Source: Lama guanicoe (taxonomy: Eukaryota). Taken from it: 64,000 nt of DNA. A program made the translations under genes and the position numbers. The DNA is taken from NCBI GenBank assembly GCA_013239625.1, contig MU053410.1, positions 13,451-77,450 of the forward strand. The letters run 5' to 3'. The notes under the pieces are model-generated. The model worked only from the letters and a program-made list of their open reading frames with translations. It did not search any database and had not been told where the DNA came from. Below are positions 51,045 through 61,900 of this stretch, piece by piece. Positions within the stretch are counted from its first letter, which is position 1; each line of letters opens with the position of its first letter.

Positions 51045-53716
51045 AGGATCCCAGGAGGCCTCAGTGCACTCACCCCAGAACTAAGAAACCATGATAATGT
51101 GGTAAAGTCCCCATTTAGCACATATCCAGTATGGACCAGATGACATTCAAACAATTCAATGCAGATTCTTTCCAGTCCTGGCATTGCCCAGGTATCCTGG
51201 ACCCTCACTGGCAGGTGGGCACAAATGGACTCATGTACACATTGACACTGGGATCTCACCAGCTTGAGCAGGAATGTGCACAGGAACTCCCTTCACAAGA
51301 TAATCTTGGGAGGCCTCAAGAAAGTGGTTTCCCAGTGTCCACAGCCATCTAGGCATTGCCAGCAGTCCTAGTCTCTGGCCATCTCTCTAGTTGGAGCTCT
51401 ACCACTGAGGTACCACTACGCCTAGCTATGTGCCCACCACCAGCATCGATCCCTAAGAGCTCAGCTGTCTCTGGAAGGGGGAAGACAAACATTCCCTCCC
51501 TTGGTGGTAAACTCAGTTATAGGGGTCTCAGGCTGGGTTGCTTAGGCCCTGGATGTCAGTGAATTACTGAGATGACATGTGGTTACCCACACTCTCCACT
51601 AGGTCAGGGGAGCTCAGGCAGTTCAGCTGCAGCAGTAGCCATCCACTGGCCCTAAACTCCTATTCTCTGCCCAACCACAGCAGACTTGGGCTGGCTGTGC
51701 CCCAGGGGCCTGGCCTTCATATACCCTGTTCCTGAAGTTAGGTGATTCTCTGCCCATCTTGTATGCTCTGACCTCTAACCAAGGGATCCCACTATATATC
51801 TTATCTGCACAACACACTGACCAAATTTCAGCTCCAGCCCAATCAGTTTCCCCATGGCCTGAAACCAACTTAGTGCTTAGTAGTATTATCCTGCTTTAGT
51901 TTTTGTTTTGTTTTTTTTAAGATAAACTGAAGCCTAGTAGGTTTTAAGTAGCTTTTCAGAGGTGACGTAGGTAGGAAGTAGTAGAACAAGAATTCAAAAC
52001 TTGATCTCTCTTGAGAGAACTTGAACATCTTTGTCCTTCTCACTCCTGCATGTTGTACCCAGATGCCTGTTACCCCGTCTGAGTTCCTCTCATCACCTGG
52101 GGAAGGCTTACTCTAACCTGTCCCAAGAGCATACCCCAGATACCCACTACTGAACAGAGAGACTAAGGTAGGGGTGGAGGGAAAGGGCTAAGCAGGGGAC
52201 AGAAGGAGCCAGTTAGCCTGGGAGTGGGGCCTGGCCTGTCACTGAAGTCACTGGCAGGGAGAGGGACTTGAAAGATCTGTGTTCAGGGGCTCCCTGCCCT
52301 CCCAAACGGTGTGCTGGCATGGGCTGCTAGTGCTCATTGCCAAAGTCAAACACAGACAAGCTACGGAGGTAAGAAGAAACTAACAGAAATCATAGGCTTC
52401 CAGTTTCTAGTCTAGAGTGTGAGGAACTTGGAATTCATCCCTCCCATCCTCAAAACAAGAAAAAATGAACAGACTGAAAAGAAACATCTCTTTCTAGACC
52501 CATCAGAGAACTGAGGTCACAGGGCAAACCACTGTCCTGAGAATTGGAGAAGGAGGCAGATGCTTTATACGGTACGATCAGAGAAGGCCAGGCCCAGTGT
52601 GGGCAGGGACTAGAACCAACACTGTGACATGCAGGCCCCAGGTCCAGCTTTCTCCATGGGATGAGCACTCCAGATGAGGGAAGCACTAGCCTCTCTCCTG
52701 CTGGTCAGGGCTGGCACAAGCTGTGATCACAGCTGTAATGCTCAGCAGATCCATGGCTGAGTCAATGGGCAGCACTTACCAGCTTTGACAGCTGTGAGCC
52801 TCGGCTGTGGTCAGTGCCCATGAAGTCTTGAGGAAGGCCAGCCTTCCTCCTGCAGGGAGGCAATCTTGAACAAGTAAACCTCGCCCTCTAGCTACTTCAA
52901 GAATCAAAACCCAGCCATGGCAATCTCAGGTACATAACTATGAGAAATGAAAACATATTTCCCCACAAAAACTTGTATACAAATGTTCACAGCAGAATCA
53001 CATGATCTAATGCATAATTGTGAGAAAAGTGGAAAATAAAGTATATTTTCATTTTTGTATCTGAAACATTGGAAATATCATTTAAGAAACTAAGTAGTTA
53101 TCTAATAATGGCAGGGGGAATTAAGATGTCACGAGGGTGGATGTGAAACTTCTCAATGTACAGTATTTTGTTATTTTAACTTTAAACTGTGAATGTGTTC
53201 TAAATTTGAAACAAAGTTTTAGAAATCATAGGAATTATAGTTCCCAACTAGACATGAAATATTGTAAACATGAACAGTGTTTTTAAAATATATATAACTA
53301 TTCAAAATCTGAGTTGGAAATAACAGTGGTAGAAGAGAATCTGTTAATGTCAAACTTTCAAAATGAAATCAATAGATAATGTCTAAATTTGAAGCACAGT
53401 GTTTAGAAAACACAAAATGTCTTGAATTTATTTCACAACCTGTTAATGCATTTCATAATTTTATTTATTTATTTGTTTGTTTATCATTAACTCTTTGTAC
53501 CTTATAGAGATCTTTTACGCAACAATATTTCCCATGACAAAGATACATTTATTTGAAATATGGTGATTCCTCCAGTTTTGTTTTAGTTTTTTTCTTCTAT
53601 GAAGTTCAAGTAAAATTACAATGATCATTTTTGGTTTAAAAAAGAAACTTGTATACAAATGTTCACACCAGAATTAATCCTAATAGACAAAAAGGCTACA
53701 AATCTGTGGGGCCACC

Positions 53717-54615
53717 AGACCCGCCCCCGAGGTCCCGAAAGCCAATCCGCGCGCACGCTTCCCGGCCCCGCCCCGGCGTCCTCCTCCGCCCCGCCCCTCC
53801 CTCCGTCCACCAGAAGGTCAGTTTGTCAGGCAGGCAGGGGGCGTCCTGTCCGAGCAGCTGGAGGTTCTGCGTTTCTCCCGAGCGGCTCTGGCCTTGCTCC
53901 CTCCGGCCAGCGGCGGCGGCTGCAGCGGCGGCAGCGCAGTCCCTCCGGGAGGCGCGGTGTGGGCCGAGCGGCTGCCGCGGAGCTTCGTGTCCAGCGCCGC
54001 GGCCGCGGCGGCGGCGGCGGCGGCGCGGCCCCGAGATGGTCCGCGGCAGGTATTCGACGTGGGTGGCGCTCCAGCAACCTGCTAAAACGGCGAGGGCTCC
54101 CCCGACGTGATGCGGTGAGTGTCCGCGCGGCCCCTCGCCCGGCCTCAGCATACGCAGCTGCGGCGCCTGCCCCACGACCCGCGACCCAAACCCAGAGCGC
54201 GGCCCCGACCCCCGCAGGGCTGCCCCGCCGTCCGCGCGCCGGGGGTCTCGGGCCTGGGCCGGGCGGTTCGCGCTGGGGCGTTGCTCGCTGCGCTTCCCGG
54301 GCCGGCCCTCACTGGGCGCGGGGAGCCGGGAAGGGGCCCGTGTAGGGGGTGGAGGCCGGGACCCGGGCCTTCAGGGACCCCCAGGACGGTAACGGGGCCC
54401 CCACCCCCGGGTGCTCCCCTCGCGGCCTTCCCTTGACGTCGGACTGTGAAGCCGCGAAGTCCTTCAGGTGCTCGCGGCGGCGGCCGTGGTCTGGAAAGCG
54501 GTCGGCAGCGGCGTGTGTGCACAGCCCCGAAATCATCTTGTTTGCCCCCTCGCCTGCGTTTTCCGCGGCCGGCTTTGCTTCCGTGGTGCCAGGGCTGCTC
54601 TCCTGCGCAGGCTTT
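53717..54615 (+). promoter_or_regulatory. CpG island 2 and first exon (to 54114), copy C, followed by intron-like DNA
   Basis: As copy A; donor at 54114/54115; gradual GC decline downstream. Confidence 0.8.
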
Positions 54616-55569
54616 CTAAGCAGCATGAGCGGCACCAGTGTTGGTGTGGAATGTTTCAATCTTGAAGTTTTTAAGTGGATGTTGGTGTGGTACTGTTCGC
54701 GTTTCAGGAAGGATAAGTCGGCATTCCTGTCTCGATTTCTTAAGGGGTCATTTGGAGTTGGGCCTAATTTGACTTTTTCCCCTTGTACCGCGTGTGACCT
54801 CCGTTACTAGCGTAAAGGCACCCAGACGTTTTAGCACAGTGACTGTGGACTTCCCAGTTAACTGCTTTAGTGCTCAGTGTGTATGCAGCCCCGATGGAGT
54901 TCTTGCAGGACCAAATGCAGGCTCCCTTGTCTGGCTCCAGATCCCTCAGAAGCGCTGGTGGAATGGGGAGGAGGGTGTTGTTTTTTATTAGAACCAGCTA
55001 CCTGTCATATTTTGTGCTGACAGAGATTTGTGGAAGTGTAGGCTCCATTACATCTAAACCTTCGTGTGAGTGTGTCTTTCGTGTTGAATGAAGGAAGCAA
55101 ACTATTTATGAACAGTTCGTGTCCACCACCTTGCGGAGTGCCCTTTTTCCTTGTGTGATTGATGAATGATTCTGCAGACAACTCTGCAACTCACCGTTGT
55201 ACAAATATTTTGTTCAGTGAGAGCATCATTTGGGTGAATGCTAGATTTGAAGGCCACTACCAATTAGGAGGATCTTGAGAATTAAGGTTCCTGGAAATCT
55301 CCTGATTAGAATTTCCATGTGAGTAACTTAGGCCTTTGGGGTCAGAATACGATTTGAGAGATACGGAGGTAGTCAGTGTATTCACATTTCTGAAAATAAA
55401 AGTAAAGCCAACATGGTTAATACATTAAATAACAATGTAATTTACTCATTTAAAATATTTGTAATATTACGTACTTGTTCTCTCTTAACTGTGAACCTCT
55501 GGGAATGTTCTCCTCTTGGATTATATGAAATATCTGTAAATTGGTTTTGCTTTTCTACAGATAGGAGAG

Positions 55570-56960
55570 CCCTTACTGGGTGTCTTTCTTAAAGTGTTGT
55601 TTTGTTCTAGCAGGCAGTTACTGTCCTGGAGGATCTGTTTAACCCTTTTGAGGCTTGTTTTAAAAGTTTGTGATGCCTTCACTAAATGCCTGGGTCTTCT
55701 GTGTATTCTCTTGTTTCCTGCTGGTCATGATGTGAACACCAGGAGTTGTTCAGGCCAGAGCTGCCTGTTGTTCTTTCTTTGATAATTGCCTATGAAATGG
55801 CAGTTGGCTCAGCTTAAAGCTTAAGTGAACCCCATGTAGGTTATTGGAACCCTTTCTCAGAGAGGCTCTCTCCTCTTCTGGTTCCCTGTCCTGCAAATTC
55901 CAGCCACCTAGCCTCCCTGAGCTCTCATGTCTCTGCATCAGGAAGACCACTGTGCTGATCTATTTAGAGCCCCCTGCCTCACACCCCAGCCTAGGAAGTG
56001 CCTAGGAAAGAAAGCTGGAACACTCAGTGGGCTCCCAGATCAACCTGTCACTACTTGTTGATCAGCTTCTGAAAGATATGTTATATATGTTGGATGAAGA
56101 AGGGCTCGTGCTCCACTACCGCTTACTCCCCACAGTCAGAGGCAGAGGTCTGCAGTTCCCTCAGGGAATGGTGTTTAGGAACCGACATCTGAGTGCTCAG
56201 TATGCTCATTGTTCCTGGGGTGCCTCTGCTTCTAGGCCCTTTTACTGGACAGAGCTAAGAAATAGAGAGGTAAAAAAGTTAGATTATGTATATATGTATA
56301 TACACATATTTATGTCACGGTCTGTATTTATTGTTGAAAACCATGAGTTCGTGCAAATAACTCTATTTCCAGTTCATCACCACAGGATTCACTTTCACTC
56401 TCTCCCATTCAGTAGATGTCTTATTTGCAGTATATTTACTCATTTGCTCAATCCTATAGTAATGGAGAAAATAGTTTCAAAATTACTGACGCATACCACT
56501 GTGATAAATACACTTTCTAACCAGTTTAATGTTGAGAGTACTTATGTCTTTAGACTGAGGGTAGAGAGTACAAAAATACCGTGTTGAAAAGTTACTTACA
56601 TTATTTCTCCTTTGGTTAATTATGTTTTATTCATACGAAGTAAAATTAGGTTTCCTCACTCATTTATTTCACTTTGAGTATGTGAAGTGTCAACATAATT
56701 TCAAGTCAAAGCTGTCCCCGGAAGTGTCACTGCCCCTTCCTCCTCTAATCCCTTCCAGTTTCCACCCTTGAGGGTTGTTAATGAACCTTGTTAATTTCTG
56801 GTTTATCCATCATGTTTCTTTCTGCAAAATTAAGGATATGCTTGTTTACATATTTCCATTCTTGTACAAGTAGCATCCTGTACATACTCTTTTGTCCTTT
56901 ACTTTTTTCAGTTAACAGTATATCCTAGAAATCACTCCGTATTAGTTCACAGAAATGTGA
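55570..56960 (-). mobile_element. Patchwork of old L1M fragments in intron-like DNA
   Basis: TTTTGTTCTAGCAGGCAGTTA…CCTTTTGAGGCTTGTTTT, CTGCAAATTCCAGCCACCTAGCCTCCCTGA, AAAACCATGAGTTC. Confidence 0.5.
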
Positions 56961-57282
56961 TGATAGCTGGAGTATATTAGGGTTAATGAGACTTTCTCAA
57001 GATGGAGCTATGTCCTCAGTTTGCATGCTGATGACACCGATCCTGGTCCTGTTTGAGAGGAAGAAGTGACACGACTTTAGAAGAGAAGCCTTCAAGGAAG
57101 CCAGGGGGCCTGGGGTGCTGGGCAGAATGGAGGTTTTGGGTTTTGATTGCTGAAAGGACACTTCACTGTGAGGGAAAATGAAGCCCTGTTGATTAGAGCC
57201 TGAGTTCTGATATAATTCTATGTCAGAGCACTCATTTTCATTAAATGGGGAGTTATTATAAATGAGGAAAATTTGCTATGTA

Positions 57283-60200
57283 GATTTTTTTAATTAACTT
57301 TTTTAGAGAAGTTTTAGATTCACAGCAAAATTGAGAGAAAGGTATAGAAATTTCCCGTATATCCCCTGCCTCCACTCGTGAGTAGCCTCCCTCATTATGA
57401 GCATCCTCCGTCAGAGTGGTGTGTTTGTTACAGTGGATTAACCTACACGCTTACAAGTGAGTAACCCTACCCAAGGGTTCACTCTTGATGTGCGTTTTGT
57501 GGGCTTGGGCAAATGTAAAACGGCATGTATCTGCCATTGTCGTATCATACATCGTATTTTCATTGCCCTAAAAGTTAACAGTCATCTGTGCTCAGCCTGT
57601 TCATCCCCTCACCCTCACAACCGCTGATCTTTTTACTGTCTTCATGCTTTTACCTTTGGCGGAGTGTCACATAGCTACTATTATATAGTATGCAGCTTTT
57701 TCAGATTGGCTTCTTTCACTTAGTAATATGCATTTAGTTTTCTCCATGTCTTTTCATGCCTTGAGAGCTCTTTCTTCTTATTGCTGAAAATTTTTCCACT
57801 GCATAGACGTATCACAATTGGTTTATCCATTTACCTACTGAAGGACACCTTGGTTTCCTCCAGGTGTTGTTGATTATGAATAAAAGCTGCTGTGCAGACT
57901 TTTGAGTGGACCTGTTTTCAGCTCCTTTCGGTAACTACCAAGGAGCATGATGGCTGGATTGAATGGTAAGAGTCTGTTTAGATTTTTAAGAATCCACCAA
58001 AATGTCTTCTAAAGTGGCTGTACCATTTTGCCTTCCCACTGACAGTGAATGAGAGTTTCTGTTGCTCTACATTCTTGCCAGCATTGGGTGTGGTCAGTGT
58101 TCCAGATTTTGGCTATTCAAATGAGTGTGTAGTGTTATTTTAATTTGTTGTTTTAATTTCCATTCCCATGATGAAATGTGATGTGGAGCATCTTTTCATA
58201 TGCTTATTTGCCATCTGTATATGTTTTTGTGAAGTGTCTGTTAAGGTCTTTGGCTCAGTTTTTAATCAAATTATTTTCTTATTGTTGAGTTTTAAGAATT
58301 CTTTGTATATTTTAGATTACATTCTTTTATCAGATGTGTCTTTTGCAGATACTTTCTCAGTCCATGGTTTGTCTTCTCATTCTCTTGACATTGCCTTTTG
58401 CAGTGCATAATTTTTAGTTTTAATGAAGCCCAGCTATCCATTCTTTCTTTCATGAATTATGCCTTTGATGTTGTATTTATACATTGAATTTATAGATCAA
58501 ATTGGGAAGAGCTGACACCTTAAACATTTTGAGTCATCCTATCCGTAAACGTAGACTATCTCTTCTTAGTTCTTTTTTGCTTTTGTTCATGAATTTTGTA
58601 GTTTTCCTTGTGTGGATGTTGTACATATTTTATTAGATTTATATCTAAGTGTTTCATTTTTTGAGGTTTTAATGTAGCATTTTAAATTTCAAATTCCACC
58701 TCTTCTTGTTGGTGTATACAAAAGCAGTTGATTTTTTAATATATTAACCCTGTATCCTGCAGCCTGGTATAATTGCTTATTAGTTCCAGGAATTTTTTAT
58801 TCATTATTTGGGTTTTTCTACGTAGTAAACAATCATATCTGTGAACAGCAACAGTCTTCCTTCCCTATCTGTATTACTTTTTATTTCCTTTTCCTGCCTT
58901 ATTGCATTAATAAGGGCTTCTAGTATGACTTTGAAAGGGCGTGGCTTTTACCTGATTATAGTGCAAAAACCTCAAGTTTCTCACCTTTAATTATGTTAGT
59001 TGTAGGTGTTTAATAGATATTCTTTATCAAGTTGAGGAAGTTCCCCCTTTATTCCTACTTTATTGAGAGCATATGTCATGAATGGGTATTGAATCTTGTC
59101 AGATGCTTTTCCTGCATCTATTGATATGATCATGTGATTTTTTTTTTCAGCCTGCTGATCTGATGGATGATTTTAATTGATTTTTGAGTGCTGAGCAACC
59201 TTTCATAATCTGGGATAAATCCCACTTAGTTGTGTTGTATAATTCTTTTTATACACTGTTGGATTTGATTTGCTAATATCTTGTTAAGGATCTTTGCATC
59301 TGTTCATGACAGATACTGGTTTGTAGTTTTCTTGTAATGTCTTTTTCTGGTTTTGTTATTATGGTGTTGTTGACCTCATTGAATGAGTTAAAAAGTATTC
59401 TCTCTGCTTCTGTCCTCTGAAGGAGATTGTAGAAATTTGGAATAGAGTTGACCCTTGAACAACACGGATTTGAACTGCACAGGTCCACTTACATGCAGAT
59501 ATTTTTCAGTGGTAAATAGTACACTACTATGTGGTCCTTGGTTGGCTGAATCCATGAATGCATAGAAACTGTGGATCCAGAGGGCTGACTAAAAGTTATA
59601 CACAGATTAACTCCTGCATTGTTCAAGGGTCAACTGTTACTTCTTCCTAAAATTTTTGGTAGAAATTGCTGCTGAACCCATCTGGGCCTGGTCCTTTCTA
59701 TTTGGGAAGGTAAATTATTTATTCAGTTTCTTTAATAGACATAGACCTATTCAGATTATCTGTTTCTTATATGAGTTTGGGCAGTTTGTATCTTTCAAGG
59801 AATTGGTCCATTTCATACAGCTTATCAAATTTGTGGGCATAGAATTATTCATAGTATTCATTTTATTATAATCCTTTTAAAAACGTCCATGGGATCTGTA
59901 GTGGTGTCACCATCTTTCATTTCTGACACTAATTATTTGTGTCCTCTCTCCTTTTTCCTTTGTTAGCATGGCTAGAAGCTTATGTTCTATATTGCTCTGA
60001 AAGAACCAGATTTCTTCCCTGTTTATTTTCTCTTTTTTGTTGTTGTTTTTGTTTTCAATTTCATTAATTTCTCTTTAATGTATTATTTCCTTATTCTGCT
60101 CGCTTTGGATTTAATTTTCTTTTTTTTCTTTTTTTTTCTTTTTTTTTTAGTGTACTAGGGTGGAAATGTAGATTATTGATTTTAGACATTTCTTCTTTCA

Positions 60201-60843
60201 TAACATGCATTCAGTGGTGTATAAATTTTCCTTTAAGCACTGATTTTTCTATATACCACAGGTTTTGATAAATTGTGTTTTGATTTTCATTTACTTCAAA
60301 ATATTTTAAAATTTCTATTGGGATTCCTTCCTTCCTCCCTCCCTCCCTCCTTCCCTTTCTTCCAGTTATATAGTGCTTGAGATCTCTTCTTTGACTCATG
60401 TATTATTTAGAAGTGTGTTGTTTCATCTGAATATTTGGGGGTTTTCCCATTGTTTCTCTGTTAATTTCTTGTTGAATTCTGTTGTGGACTGAGAGTAGAC
60501 ATTGTATGATTTCTTTTCTTTAAAATTTGTTAAGGTATGTTTTACGGCTCAGAATGGGGCCTGTCTTGGTGAATGCTGCATGGGAGCTTGAGAAGAATGT
60601 TTATCCTGCTGTTGGATGAAGTAGACTGTAAGTGTCAATGATACCAGTTGATTGATGGTGTTGTTGAGTTCAGTTACGTCCTTCCTGGTTTTCTGCCTAC
60701 TGGATCTGTCTATTTCTGATAGAGATATATTGAAAATTTTAATTATGATAATGGATTTTCCTATTTCTTCTTGTAGTTGTGTCAATTTTTGCTGCATGTA
60801 GTTTAATGCTCTGTTGTAAGGTGCATATGTGTTAAGGATTGTG
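57283..60843 (-). mobile_element. Old LINE-1 (L1MA/MB-like), 3' UTR through ORF2, antisense, about 3.5 kb
   Basis: Starts TTTTAGAGAAGTTTTAGATTCACAGCAAAATTGAG. Minus-strand ILNTYAPYNRALNYMQQKLTQLQEEI and KYFEVNENQNTIYQNLW are L1 ORF2-like. Confidence 0.9.
59445..59636. mobile_element. Tigger2-family MITE nested in L1
   Basis: 17-bp terminal inverted repeats AGTTGACCCTTGAACAA / TTGTTCAAGGGTCAACT, TA on the left, 192 bp long. Confidence 0.85.
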
Positions 60844-60849
60844 CCGCTG

Positions 60850-61115
60850 GTCCTACAGTCGAGGCCCAAGGAGGGGAAGAGACCTGCCCAGGTCACCCAG
60901 CACAGGAGGGCAGTTGGGTGGGACCCAGGCCTTCGGGCTTGTCACAGGCTCCCTTCTTAGGACAGGGGTACAGGCCTGCCTGGGAAAGAAGCATCAGGAA
61001 AGTGAATAACCCTGCAGACAGGGCCAAGTCGGCTGGCTGGCCGAGCCTTAGTTTCCCTTCTGTGGAACAGGGACGGGACGGTGCCTGCTCACAGGGTCTC
61101 TGTGAAGCTAGAGAT
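60850..61115. mobile_element. Two MIR remnants
   Basis: GAGGCCCAAGGAGGGGAAGAGACCTGCCCAGGTCACCCAGC and GAGCCTTAGTTTCCCTTCTGTGGAACAGGG. Confidence 0.55.
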
Positions 61116-61159
61116 GGTGCCGCTGTGATGCTGGGGAGAGCCCTCCTGGTCCTCCTTAC

Positions 61160-61269
61160 CTGGGAAGTGGCCGGAGGGCCCTGGGCCTGGCTCTCAGCCC
61201 CATCCTGAGGGCCGATGGTGCCTGTCGAGCTGGGCGGGCTGCCGGTCCCTGCGGCCCTGAGAGTGGCAG
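61160..61269 (-). other. Candidate exon 2 of an unidentified minus-strand gene
   Basis: Acceptor CCCTGCAG|, donor CAG|GTAAGG, AGGATGG start context at 61203 (MGLRARPRALRPLP…). Confidence 0.35.
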
Positions 61270-61809
61270 CTGCAGGGCTTGGTGAAGGATGGGCCAACTT
61301 CCCTTCCCAGCCACCCTGGCCCATCGTCCCCCACCACGCACCCTGGGGTGGCTCCCTCTGTCCTTCCTGCCTCTTGTCTCTGCTTCCCCCTACCTGGTGT
61401 CCTCTCTTGTCACCTCCTGTCCCTCTCTAGGACTTGACCCCCACCTTTCTCTCACTCACACACTGTCTCTTCTTGCTTGTGTCTTTCTCTGACTCTCCCC
61501 TAGGCCGTTGGGCCCTGAGCTCAGGTCTAGCCCTGTCCAGGGCCACAGGGCCACAGGGCCACATCTCTCCCAGCCCTCCCACCCTCACAGCGAAGTTCCA
61601 GCCCCAGCCCTGCTCACAGTGGAGGAGCCCGGTTACGGAGCTGCTCCTGCTGGCATTTACTGCTGCACCGCTGTTCCCCCCGCCTTCCCGGGCAGCACAG
61701 CAATCTCACCTTGACCTGTTTGTGGCCCAGCCTGGACCCCAGAGCTGCTGTAGGGCTGGCTGCCTCCCCCGCCTGGAAGGAGGGAGGGCCCCGCGGGCTC
61801 CAGGGACAG

Positions 61810-61900
61810 CTGGCGCAGAGTGGAGTGGACTCTTTTTATACCCAACACCTTCTCCCTGGCAGTGGTGGCGCCCCACCCTCTGACCCTGCCCCGCCCACCT
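61810..61900 (-). promoter_or_regulatory. Candidate TATA promoter on the minus strand
   Basis: TATAAAAA at 61840-61833, CACCC box at 61871-61878, GC box at 61889-61896, downstream donor AAG|GTGAGA at 61710/61709. Confidence 0.5.

Larger units (their letters stand above)
40417..54615 (+). repeat. Tandem segmental-duplication unit C (partial)
   Basis: Matches B to 53958 and matches A's CpG island to 54615 (…TCCTGCGCAGGCTTT), then continues into sequence not seen elsewhere in the window. Confidence 0.95.

Noticed and set aside
56027..56587. 186-aa ORF
   Set aside because: Spans degraded L1M fragments, has a non-ATG start and no recognisable domain.
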